Shown: piece after piece, positions 26,776 to 35,309 of the stretch
How the letters are laid out: the number at the start of each line of letters is the position of its first letter
How positions within the stretch are numbered: the stretch's first letter is position 1
Assembly (NCBI GenBank): GCA_947631665.1
Contig: CANRMF010000002.1
Span: forward strand, 5,885-69,884
Source of the DNA: an uncultured Lachnospiraceae bacterium
GTDB taxonomy: Bacteria; Bacillota; Clostridia; Lachnospirales; Lachnospiraceae
Direction: 5' to 3'
Length of the DNA: 64,000 bases
Program-made: the position numbers and the translations under genes
Notes under the pieces: generated by a model
What the model saw: only the letters and a program-made list of their open reading frames with translations
Database searches by the model: none
Told to the model about the DNA's origin: nothing

Positions 26776-26941
26776 CAAAAGACAAGAAATTTTTCCCGAT
26801 AGAAAAAGCGGTAGAAAAAATAATGGAAAAAATGGAAAAATTTTCATTTACAAACGAAAAGAATGTGCTAATATGAACAGGGAATTATTTTTATGACAAA
26901 CTGTTTTGTCGGTTAATCTCAATATCATGGGAGACAGCGTC

Positions 26942-28384
26942 ATGAGTCGGAAAAAGTTTTTTAAAAATGTAAAGAGAAAAGATATTATTATCGGATTGGT
27001 TGTGGCCATCGGCGTCTTTTTTGGCGTCAGTTACCTTTATATGCTCGGCAGTTATCATATCAATTTTTTACAGGGTACGACGATTAACGGAATTGATGTC
27101 AGCGGGCTGACGGTTGAAGAAGCGGAAACAAAGGTGAGAGAGGGCGAAGATCATTATATACTCACGCTGAAATTCCGCAATAATAAAACGGAGACAATTT
27201 ACGGAAAAGATTTTGCGTTCCATTGTGTGAACCCGTACGATATCGAAAAACTTTTAGATGAGCAGAACAACCGGCTCTGGTTTATGAACACGCTTTTTAA
27301 GCAGAACAATGATTATACGATAGAGGCGGGATTTTCCGAGCAGCAGTTGAAGAAACAGTTAAATTCAATGCCTGCGCTGCAGAAAAAGAATATGGAAGCG
27401 CCAAAAGACGCTTTTCCTGTATATAAAGACGGCGCTTTTTCCATTCAGCCTGAGGTTTTGGGAACGACATTACAGGAAAAAAATGTTTATAACGCGGTGA
27501 CCGAAGCGGTGAAAAAAAGTCAGGCTACCCTCGATATGGAAAGCGTCTATGACTCTCCGACAGTAAAAGCCGATGACAAAAACCTGACAGAACAAATTCC
27601 AAATCTCAATGATTTAGTGGCTACAAAGGTCACTTATCTTCTTCCTAATGGGAAAAAGAAGGTTTTAAACGGCACAATGCTTGTAAAGTGGTTGAAGAAA
27701 GATAAAAACGGCAGATACCGGAAGGATAAAAGCCTTTGGAATGAAAAAATAAAAAATTTTGTACATACGCTGGCAGAAGAAGTGGACACCACATATGAGG
27801 AGCGCACTTTCATAACGCACGCAGGGACAGAAATCACCCTTCCGGCAAGTCCGTATTACGGTTGGAAAATTGACGAGGAAAAAGAAGCGGAGCAGTTGGA
27901 AAAAGATTTAAAAACCAAAAAAGCGGAAAAGCGCGAGCCTGTTTACAGTAAACGTGAAGCGGCGGACATATCAGACAATTACGGGTTTGGACAGGACTAC
28001 TGCGAGGTTGATTTGGGCGCACAGCATCTTTGGATTTATAAAAAAGGAAAAGTCGTTTTAGAAACAGACGTGGTATCCGGAAAAGATGACAGTGAACACA
28101 AAACGCCGGCGGGCGCGTTTACTGCTTATGATATGCAGCAGAATAAAATTCTGCGCGGCGAGCGCAAACCGAATGGGCAGTATGAATATGAAACGCCGAC
28201 AAAATACTGGATACGTCTGACGGAACGGGGCGTAGGGCTGCATGACGCGCCTTGGAGAGGTTCTTTCGGAGGAAGCATCTGGAAGCGGGGCGGTTCGCAT
28301 GGGTGTATTAACCTTCCTGCGGCTGCCGCAGCAAAAATTTATGAATTGATGTCTAACGGTACGCCGGTGATTGTTTATTATTAA
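26942..28384 (+). CDS. L,D-transpeptidase (YkuD family) with N-terminal membrane anchor
   Basis: The C-terminal catalytic pattern is GVGLHDAPWR...GGSHGCINL. The TM helix is IIIGLVVAIGVFFGVSYLYML. The start is moved to ATG 26942, with GGGAGA 7 nt upstream. The ORF-track start at 26906 is a TTG. Confidence 0.85.
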   Translation: MSRKKFFKNVKRKDIIIGLVVAIGVFFGVSYLYMLGSYHINFLQGTTINGIDVSGLTVEEAETKVREGEDHYILTLKFRNNKTETIYGKDFAFHCVNPYDIEKLLDEQNNRLWFMNTLFKQNNDYTIEAGFSEQQLKKQLNSMPALQKKNMEAPKDAFPVYKDGAFSIQPEVLGTTLQEKNVYNAVTEAVKKSQATLDMESVYDSPTVKADDKNLTEQIPNLNDLVATKVTYLLPNGKKKVLNGTMLVKWLKKDKNGRYRKDKSLWNEKIKNFVHTLAEEVDTTYEERTFITHAGTEITLPASPYYGWKIDEEKEAEQLEKDLKTKKAEKREPVYSKREAADISDNYGFGQDYCEVDLGAQHLWIYKKGKVVLETDVVSGKDDSEHKTPAGAFTAYDMQQNKILRGERKPNGQYEYETPTKYWIRLTERGVGLHDAPWRGSFGGSIWKRGGSHGCINLPAAAAAKIYELMSNGTPVIVYY

Positions 28385-28390
28385 AAATAG

Positions 28391-28439
28391 AAAAACTGTC
28401 AGCAGGAGGGATATTGATTTCCCATGCTGACAGTTTTTT
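28391..28439. terminator. Bidirectional terminator
   Basis: ACTGTCAGCA (28395-28404) pairs with TGCTGACAGT (28425-28434). It is flanked by an A-run and T6. Confidence 0.8.
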
Positions 28440-28627
28440 CATTTAACACTGACTTCTTTGGCGCGGTTGATTTCTTCCCACAGCGCATCGTGAAATACCA
28501 TTGCAAGCTCCTGCCAGTGTTTTCTTTGCCGCCGTTCGTCAATGAGCTGTTTCTTTAACGCTTCCAACTCATCTGAAATGGCAGACAAATCACTCATAAC
28601 AAGCGTATTTCCTGTATCTTTCACCAA
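28439..28627 (-). CDS. Hypothetical small coiled-coil protein (62 aa)
   Basis: The ORF has a TTG/GTG start preceded by GGGGGTG and a charged helical sequence (DELEALKKQLIDERRQRKHWQEL). There is no recognisable family. Confidence 0.4.
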   Translation of the reverse strand: MVKDTGNTLVMSDLSAISDELEALKKQLIDERRQRKHWQELAMVFHDALWEEINRAKEVSVK

Positions 28628-28898
28628 AACACCCCCATAGACCTGCTTTGCGCAGATATTATATCCGGAGCAAAACAGGATAGTTACCCGTACAATGTTA
28701 TTATACTATCCTGCAGGAGTATTTTGGAAATTTCTTTAGGCAACATTTCGAGAAAAAATGTCAAAAAGTAGAACAATGTCGAATTTTAGTAATGTGTTGT
28801 AATGTGTTTTTACGTCTTTTGCACCGCGCAGACATTGATGGATAAAGGAAATATTTAACACCATTTTTTATCAAAATGTAGAGAAATATTTACAAATG

Positions 28899-29005
28899 TG
28901 GTACAATAACGAGGAAAATCCCGATGGCGCTTGCGCCAAAAGGGATTTGAGGAGTATCCCCCATCGAGGCGACAGCCGAGATGGTACAATAATGAGGAAA
29001 ATCCC
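28899..29005 (+). promoter_or_regulatory. Duplicated 24-nt element, each copy carrying an extended -10 (TGgTACAAT), upstream of the S1-domain gene
   Basis: TGGTACAATAA(C/T)GAGGAAAATCCC occurs at 28899-28922 and 28982-29005 (23/24 identical). A nested hairpin AAATCCC-GGCGC/GCGCC-GGGATTT (28916-28948) lies between the copies. Confidence 0.35.
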
Positions 29006-29075
29006 ACGAGAACAGTTTATTTTTTATGCGCGATTTTAATAATTTTTAAAATAAATCAGTAGTTTGGAGGTCTTT

Positions 29076-29828
29076 ATGGAAGAAAAAAATTTAGAAACGG
29101 CAGTAGAGGAAACTGCTGAAAAAATGGAAAATTTAGGTCAGGCATTGGAGGAGTCATATTCTTATATGGGAGACGGAGAGTATGATACGGACACGCTGCT
29201 TGCATGGGAAAAAATCAACCGTTACAAAGAGAGCGGGGAAATTCTTCCGGTTACAGTGTCCGGTATTGTCAATAAGGGAGTGATTGCGCTGGTCGAAGGC
29301 GTGCGCGGGTTTATTCCGGTCAGCAGGCTTGATATCAGCCACGTTGAGGATACCAATGACTGGCTCGGACGGGATATTCGCGTGCGGGTTATCGAAGCGG
29401 ATATGGAAAAAGGAAAACTTGTTCTGTCTGCAAGGGAAATCCTGCGGGAAGAATCTGCGGCAGCGCGAAAAGCACAAAAGGAAATGGCCGCTTCAAAGAT
29501 TGCTGTGGGTTCCATCGTTGAGGGCAGGGTAGAATCCCTTCAGCCATATGGAGCGTTTGTGGATTTAGGGGACGGCGTATCCGGTCTGGTGCATATTTCC
29601 CAAATATCCGTAAATCATATCAAATCTCCGAAAGAAGCGCTGGAAACAGGTCAGACGGTTCGCGCAAAAGTGATTAAAAATCAGGACGGAAAAATCAGCC
29701 TGAGTATCAGAGAATTACTCGAAGAACAGAGAGTTCAGGAGGAGCAGGAGATTAAAAATAATATTCCGAAAGTGGAAAGCATAGGAACTTCGCTGGGAGA
29801 TTTGCTCAGCGGCATAAAGTTAAAATAG
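29076..29828 (+). CDS. S1 RNA-binding domain protein (two S1 domains)
   Basis: ILPVTVSGIVNKGVIALVEGVRGFIPVSRL and GSIVEGRVESLQPYGAFVDLGDGVSGLVHISQIS. The start is moved to ATG 29076 because the ORF-track TTG at 29064 is part of the GGAGG RBS. Confidence 0.85.
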   Translation: MEEKNLETAVEETAEKMENLGQALEESYSYMGDGEYDTDTLLAWEKINRYKESGEILPVTVSGIVNKGVIALVEGVRGFIPVSRLDISHVEDTNDWLGRDIRVRVIEADMEKGKLVLSAREILREESAAARKAQKEMAASKIAVGSIVEGRVESLQPYGAFVDLGDGVSGLVHISQISVNHIKSPKEALETGQTVRAKVIKNQDGKISLSIRELLEEQRVQEEQEIKNNIPKVESIGTSLGDLLSGIKLK

Positions 29829-29837
29829 CAGACCAAT

Positions 29838-29880
29838 CAGAAAAAGATGAGTTTAAAAAAGCTCATCTTTTTCTGTTATT
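29838..29880. terminator. Bidirectional terminator
   Basis: A 14-bp stem pairs CAGAAAAAGATGAG (29838-29851) with CTCATCTTTTTCTG (29862-29875). It overlaps the last codons of the DUF523 gene. Confidence 0.7.
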
Positions 29881-30290
29881 ACCGGAATACCTCTTTGTTT
29901 TAACAGAGTTGTAAAACAGCCGTCACCGTCAGTCAAAGTGCCCGAAAAAGTTCCATCGTATATTTTACCGCTGCCGCAGGAAGGACTTTTCGCTTTCAGG
30001 ATTGCCCCTTCTATTTTCTGGCCTTTTTCTGCGGCGGTTTTTTCAGCGTATTCCATGCAGATGCGCGCGCCGCGTAAAAAATCTTCGGTCAGGTCTTTCC
30101 CGGAACGGTTGACAAGCCGTCCGTCTTTCCACTCTGCGGGATCGCGGGGCTGTGGAAGTTTTGCTGCGGATTCCGGACAGATGACTGCAAAATCATGCTC
30201 CCTGCAGAAAGCGGCTACTTTTTCATTCCGATTGTTCCCTCCGTCATATTTACAATTATACCCTAACAGACAACCACTGATTAAATACAT
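29853..30290 (-). CDS. DUF523 family protein (TudS-like)
   Basis: The N-terminus YLISGCLLGYNCKYDGGNN matches the DUF523 CLLG..C.YDG cysteine pattern. Confidence 0.75.
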   Translation of the reverse strand: MYLISGCLLGYNCKYDGGNNRNEKVAAFCREHDFAVICPESAAKLPQPRDPAEWKDGRLVNRSGKDLTEDFLRGARICMEYAEKTAAEKGQKIEGAILKAKSPSCGSGKIYDGTFSGTLTDGDGCFTTLLKQRGIPVITEKDELF

Positions 30291-30449
30291 TTCGTTCTCC
30301 TTTGTTTTTTTCTTTATTATAGCACAATGAAGCGGACGGTTTATAGTATTTTTTAAGGAAATATGATAAGATAAAAAACTGATGTGAAAAATTCAATTTT
30401 AACTCAAAAAGAAACGATATAATGTCAAAAAAATTAAGGGGACAGACCA

Positions 30450-32393
30450 ATGAAAAAAGTATTTGCTGCAATATCCATTACAATCCTATTGTTTTTTGCC
30501 GGTTTCCATATGATTTCCACCATGACGCAGGCGCGTGAAAGCGGAATCGAACAGGAAGCAGGTTCTACGACAGACGGGGCCCAACAGCAGACACCGACCG
30601 GAGAGGAACAATCGACAGGGGAAGAAGCTTCCACTGAGGATTTCAGCGGGGAAACATCTACCGATGAAAGCACGCAGGAGAGTTCTTCGGAAGAAAGTAC
30701 TGCAGAAACCACGACAGAGGAGCCTACGACGTTAGATTATGAAATTATCGACGGGGTATATAAAGTAAAAGAAAATGTACTGATTGCGTATTTGGGCAAT
30801 CCAAAAGATAAAACAGTCACGACGCTTAAAATTCCGGCGTCGGTGAAAAAAATAGAGGAGTCTGTTTTTCAGGGTTGCAAATACATAAAAAAGGTCACTT
30901 TTGAAGCAGGAAGTCTGCTGACGACGATTGGAAAGTATGCTTTTAAGGGCTGTACGGCAATGAATTCCATCAGTCTGCCGACCGGATTAAAAAGTATCGG
31001 TTACCGCGCTTTCGGTTCCTGTACGTCGCTGGAAAGCCTTACCATTCCTGCAACGGTAACGCAGGGAAATATGATTTTCGGTACGGTTTCCAGTGTCACG
31101 ACCGTAAAGTTTGCAGCGGAAACTACAACTGTTCCAAGTAAAATTTTAAAGGGAGCAGCCAGCGTAAAAAAGGTGACGCTAAAAAGCGGGATTACGTCAA
31201 TCGGCAGTCAGGCGTTTTATGAATGCAGCGCATTGACGACGATTACGCTTCCAAAAGGAATTACGGTCATCGGAGAGTCGGCATTTTACGGCTGTTCCTC
31301 TCTGGCAGACCTGAAACTCCCTACGACGCTGAAGACACTTTCGGACTGCGCGTTTATGAACTGCACCGCTTTAAAGACATTAACCCTGTGGAGAAATATC
31401 ATTGATATCCGTAACAATGTATTTCGCGGTGACAGCAAATTATTGTTGAGAGTTTACGCAAATACTTCCGGAAAAGCTTATGCCCGCCAGAATAATCTGA
31501 AGTGGCAGTTTACGGATTCTGAATTAAAACGTCAGGCGAAAAATCAGGATATTTATAATGCCTTTATGAAACTGGTCAGCAAAAGTAATGCAAAAAAATA
31601 CCCGTATAAATATCTGAAAAACTATGTGCCGCAGGCGGTATGCGCTGTCGGAAAATACGTTGTGGTGTCCATGTATTATCCGGGACTGGCCAAACGCTCG
31701 ATTTTGGTTCTTTATAACAAATCCACCGGAGCCTTTGCAAAAAAGATTATTCTGCCGTCGAGAGACCATGTCGGTTCTTTGGCAAACGTCAAGGGACGTC
31801 TGGTTGTCGGCTTAAATAATATTTCCGCCACTGATTATGTTGCGGTAATCAATTATGCCAAATTAAAAAAGGCAAAAAATAACAAAGTCATGCAGTACAG
31901 TTATAAGAGAAAAATTGCGGGGTATGCGGATTTTGCCACCTTTGACGGAACTTATTACTGGGCGGGGCGGAGCGCGGACATTTCCTATGCGTCCATGTAC
32001 GGCTATAAGGTTAAAGTCAAAAAGAAGAAACTGGTTTTTACAAAAAAACACTCTTTCATTGTGCCGGCGAATACGCAGGGCGTAATTGCATTAAAAGGGA
32101 AAAACGGAAAACGGACTTTTGTATTTTCACAATCGTATGGACGGCTGCCAAGTTCAAAACTGATCCGGTATGTGACGAATGTCAATAAATCAACGCTGGG
32201 CAGTCCGAAGGCAACAAAAATGATTCCGTCCATGTCAGAAGGAATTTATCGGGATTCAAAAGGGTATCTGTACATCTGTTTTGAATCTGCGGCAAAATTA
32301 TATTGCGGTAATGTGGATTACACTTCTGAAATTCAGATGAATAATGTTGGAAAAATAAAATACAGTAATTTTTCAAAATTAAGAAGCGAATAA
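30450..32393 (+). CDS. Secreted BspA-type leucine-rich-repeat surface protein with unassigned C-terminal ~300 aa
   Basis: A signal peptide is followed by a low-complexity E/S/T linker. Repeated LRR_5 units follow (IPASVKKIEESVFQGCKYIKKVTF, GKYAFKGCTAMNSISLP, IGYRAFGSCTSLESLTIP...). Confidence 0.85.
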   Translation: MKKVFAAISITILLFFAGFHMISTMTQARESGIEQEAGSTTDGAQQQTPTGEEQSTGEEASTEDFSGETSTDESTQESSSEESTAETTTEEPTTLDYEIIDGVYKVKENVLIAYLGNPKDKTVTTLKIPASVKKIEESVFQGCKYIKKVTFEAGSLLTTIGKYAFKGCTAMNSISLPTGLKSIGYRAFGSCTSLESLTIPATVTQGNMIFGTVSSVTTVKFAAETTTVPSKILKGAASVKKVTLKSGITSIGSQAFYECSALTTITLPKGITVIGESAFYGCSSLADLKLPTTLKTLSDCAFMNCTALKTLTLWRNIIDIRNNVFRGDSKLLLRVYANTSGKAYARQNNLKWQFTDSELKRQAKNQDIYNAFMKLVSKSNAKKYPYKYLKNYVPQAVCAVGKYVVVSMYYPGLAKRSILVLYNKSTGAFAKKIILPSRDHVGSLANVKGRLVVGLNNISATDYVAVINYAKLKKAKNNKVMQYSYKRKIAGYADFATFDGTYYWAGRSADISYASMYGYKVKVKKKKLVFTKKHSFIVPANTQGVIALKGKNGKRTFVFSQSYGRLPSSKLIRYVTNVNKSTLGSPKATKMIPSMSEGIYRDSKGYLYICFESAAKLYCGNVDYTSEIQMNNVGKIKYSNFSKLRSE

Positions 32394-32921
32394 CGTCAGT
32401 TTGATTTGTCTGGAAACTTCAGCAATGAATTGGGAATTTGTCGGATATTTCTTTCCTTCCCTGACGAAGAAATGATAGTTTTTGGAAGTAGCAAGAGCGG
32501 AATTGTTGTCCCATGCGACACTGATGGCGTGCCGCAGCGATTTTTCTACCCGCTGAGGCGTGGATTGATGATATTTGGCGATTTCGGGATACAGGATTTT
32601 GGTGATTCCATCAAGGATATTTTCATCGGACAATACTTTTTTCACTGCTGTGTTCATATAACGGAAGCCTGAGAGACCGGAGGGAATTCCTAACTTAGAG
32701 AGGTGATTTGAAATTTTTATATCTAATTCGGAAGGTGTGCTTTGATAAGGCATGCCTTCATTTATTGTGGGACTGTTTTCGACGCGTATTTTTTTCGACA
32801 ACCTGTATTCGTGTGGGCCAAGAGAAAAGGAAACTTCACTGTTTTCGGAAGTTATGATTTTATGAAATTCTCCGAAAAAGGTTAGAACGTTTTCATCAAT
32901 TTGTACATCAATTTTTTTCAT
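32379..32921 (-). CDS. Orphan Spo0A C-terminal (DNA-binding effector) domain protein lacking a receiver domain
   Basis: GIPSGLSGFRYMNTAV...ITKILYPEIAKYHQSTPQRVEKSLRHAISVAWD...KYPTNSQFIAEVSRQIKLTLFAS parallels B. subtilis Spo0A GVPAHIKGYLYLREAI...[32 protein letters not shown]...[22 protein letters not shown]. Confidence 0.8.
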   Translation of the reverse strand: MKKIDVQIDENVLTFFGEFHKIITSENSEVSFSLGPHEYRLSKKIRVENSPTINEGMPYQSTPSELDIKISNHLSKLGIPSGLSGFRYMNTAVKKVLSDENILDGITKILYPEIAKYHQSTPQRVEKSLRHAISVAWDNNSALATSKNYHFFVREGKKYPTNSQFIAEVSRQIKLTLFAS

Positions 32922-33063
32922 TATTCCTCCATAAAAGTAAAATTTTGTATTATTATGGAAAATAGCAAAGACAGGAGTGTAGAATAGAATAAAATAAAAA
33001 AGACAGTTCAGACAAATAAAATTCGACCGTTACATTTTAAGTCATAAGGGGGAACAAATAAAG

Positions 33064-33822
33064 ATGATGAAAAAAGATAATTTTACAAAAAATACGAAAA
33101 AATGTATGTTGCACCAAGAGAATTACATGGTATCGTTTCGCAATAATGTGGAAACTTATGCGAAGGAAAAACACCTTACGGTACAGAAAATTTCTGAGAT
33201 ATCGGACATTCCGTATGCGACATTAAATACATTTCTTTATGGAAAAACCAATGACTGCAAACTGTCTACTGCCATAAAACTGGCGAGAGCCTTCGGAGTT
33301 TCCATAGACGAACTCGTGGACGCAAAAACAGTTACGGAAATGCAGATGATTGATTTAAAGCGTATGCGCGACTTCCCTCAGCGGATAAGGTATTTATTCC
33401 ACTGGCTGATTGAGTATCATAGCAATCTCCTCCAGAAGAAGGACAGGAAAAAGCAGATCAGCGTTCTGATTCCGGAGATTAAAAACGGAACGGAAATGTT
33501 TTTCAGTTATCAGTATTATCTGGTGGATATTAGTGAGTGCAGCGATGAAATCAAAGCGAAAGCGTATATCGGCTTAAAACTGACGGGCGAAAATTATATG
33601 CCGAAGTATGTTTCCGGAGATATCCTTTTAATTGCCAATAACCGGATTGATGTGGCGGACGCAGATTACGTCATTATTTATTACGGGCGGATTTATCTGA
33701 CCAAGAGGATTGAAAACAAGCCGAAAAGTTACAGTTTTCTCATTGAGGACGGCGGATTTCAGGTTGGGGAAGATGAGGTTGACGGAATTTTGGGATATGT
33801 TACGGGGATTGTATATCAGTAA
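33064..33822 (+). CDS. XRE-family HTH regulator with S24/LexA-like C-terminal fold (CI-type repressor-like)
   Basis: HTH: LTVQKISEISDIPYATLNTFLYGKTNDCKLSTAIKLARAFGVSIDELV. The C-terminal GDILLIANNRIDVADADYVIIYYGRIYLTKRI resembles the S24 beta-barrel. The catalytic Ser/Lys were not confirmed. Confidence 0.7.
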   Translation: MMKKDNFTKNTKKCMLHQENYMVSFRNNVETYAKEKHLTVQKISEISDIPYATLNTFLYGKTNDCKLSTAIKLARAFGVSIDELVDAKTVTEMQMIDLKRMRDFPQRIRYLFHWLIEYHSNLLQKKDRKKQISVLIPEIKNGTEMFFSYQYYLVDISECSDEIKAKAYIGLKLTGENYMPKYVSGDILLIANNRIDVADADYVIIYYGRIYLTKRIENKPKSYSFLIEDGGFQVGEDEVDGILGYVTGIVYQ

Positions 33823-33941
33823 GTTCAGAGAAATTTATGCGTTGTTTTTGAGAATATGTTTGATTTAATTTAAAAGGGTGCTATAATTCATATGGCGAAT
33901 GGAAAGATACATAAAAAGATTTTGACGTTTGGGAGGAACTC

Positions 33942-35300
33942 ATGAAGATAATAATTGTTGGGTGCGGAAATGTTGGTACAACGCTGACAGAGCAGCTCAG
34001 TGACGAAGGACATGACGTGACGGTCATTGATTCCAGAAAGGCAGTAGTGGAAAATGTGGTCAATACTTATGACGTGCTGGGAGTTACCGGAAACGGCACA
34101 AGCATCAATGTCCAGATGGAGGCAGGTGTGGAAAGCACCGACCTGCTGGTTGCCGTCACAGGTTATGACGAGATGAACCTTCTCTGCTGTCTGATTGCAA
34201 AGAGAGCAGGGGTACGTCACATTATTGCCAGAGTCAGCAATCCGATGTACAGCGAGGAAGTAAATTTCTTTAAAGAAGAACTGGGGCTTTCCATGATTAT
34301 CAATCCACAGATGGCAGCCGCCGGAGAAATGGCAAAACTGCTGAAATTTCCGTCCGCTTTAAATATTGAACATTTTGAAAAGAGCAGGGTAGAACTGGTC
34401 AGTTATAAACTTGAAGAAAAAAATCCGATATGCCATAAACAGTTAAAGGAGCTGGGCGGCTTCTTACAGGGCAATATCCTGATTCCGATTGTGGAGCGCG
34501 GCGATCAGGTTATCGTACCGGACGGAGAATTTGTACTCGAACCGAAAGACGAAATTACTTTCTTTGGAACGACAAGAAGAATTATCGAATTTTTCAGAAA
34601 AATAGGTATTCAGACGACTGCCGTAAAGAACGTGATTATTGTCGGAGGAGGCAGAACCTCCATTTATCTGGCATATCAGTTGATTGATATGGGCATCAAA
34701 GTAAAGATTATTGAAAAAGACGTCAACAGGTGTGAGATGCTGATTGATATGCTGCCAAAGGCAATGGTAATTCATGGCGACGCTACGGATAAAGAACTTC
34801 TTGCGGAGGAGGGCATTGCAGAGGCAGAGGCGTTTGTGGCAAATACGAGCATGGACGAAGAAAATATCATGCTGGCGCTCTATGCCCAGAGTTTGTCCGA
34901 TGTCAAAACCATTACAAAGGTGCATCGGATTTCTTATGATGAAATTATCGAAAAACTGGATTTGGGAAGTATCGTTTATCCGAAATATACGGCTGCGGAA
35001 AATATTTTAAAGTATGTTCGTGGAAAACGGAAAACAATTAACAGCAGTGATATTGAAACACTGTATCAGCTCAATGATAAGCGGGTTGAAGCGCTGGAAT
35101 TTATTATTCGGGAAAACTGTCCGGTCATCGGCAGACCGCTTCAGGAGATTGCATGGAAGCCGGGCGTTATTATCGGGTGCATCAATCATAAAGGACACAC
35201 GACGATTGCAAACGGACAGAGCGTGATACAGCAGGGAGACTCTGTGATTTTGATTACGACCATTACCGGAATGCGTAATATCGAAAACGCTTTGCAGTAG
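33942..35300 (+). CDS. trkA: Trk potassium uptake protein TrkA (tandem RCK)
   Basis: MKIIIVGCGNVGTTL Rossmann motif, with a second copy VIIVGGGRTSIYLA. 452 aa. Confidence 0.9.
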   Translation: MKIIIVGCGNVGTTLTEQLSDEGHDVTVIDSRKAVVENVVNTYDVLGVTGNGTSINVQMEAGVESTDLLVAVTGYDEMNLLCCLIAKRAGVRHIIARVSNPMYSEEVNFFKEELGLSMIINPQMAAAGEMAKLLKFPSALNIEHFEKSRVELVSYKLEEKNPICHKQLKELGGFLQGNILIPIVERGDQVIVPDGEFVLEPKDEITFFGTTRRIIEFFRKIGIQTTAVKNVIIVGGGRTSIYLAYQLIDMGIKVKIIEKDVNRCEMLIDMLPKAMVIHGDATDKELLAEEGIAEAEAFVANTSMDEENIMLALYAQSLSDVKTITKVHRISYDEIIEKLDLGSIVYPKYTAAENILKYVRGKRKTINSSDIETLYQLNDKRVEALEFIIRENCPVIGRPLQEIAWKPGVIIGCINHKGHTTIANGQSVIQQGDSVILITTITGMRNIENALQ

Positions 35301-35309
35301 GAGGAACAA

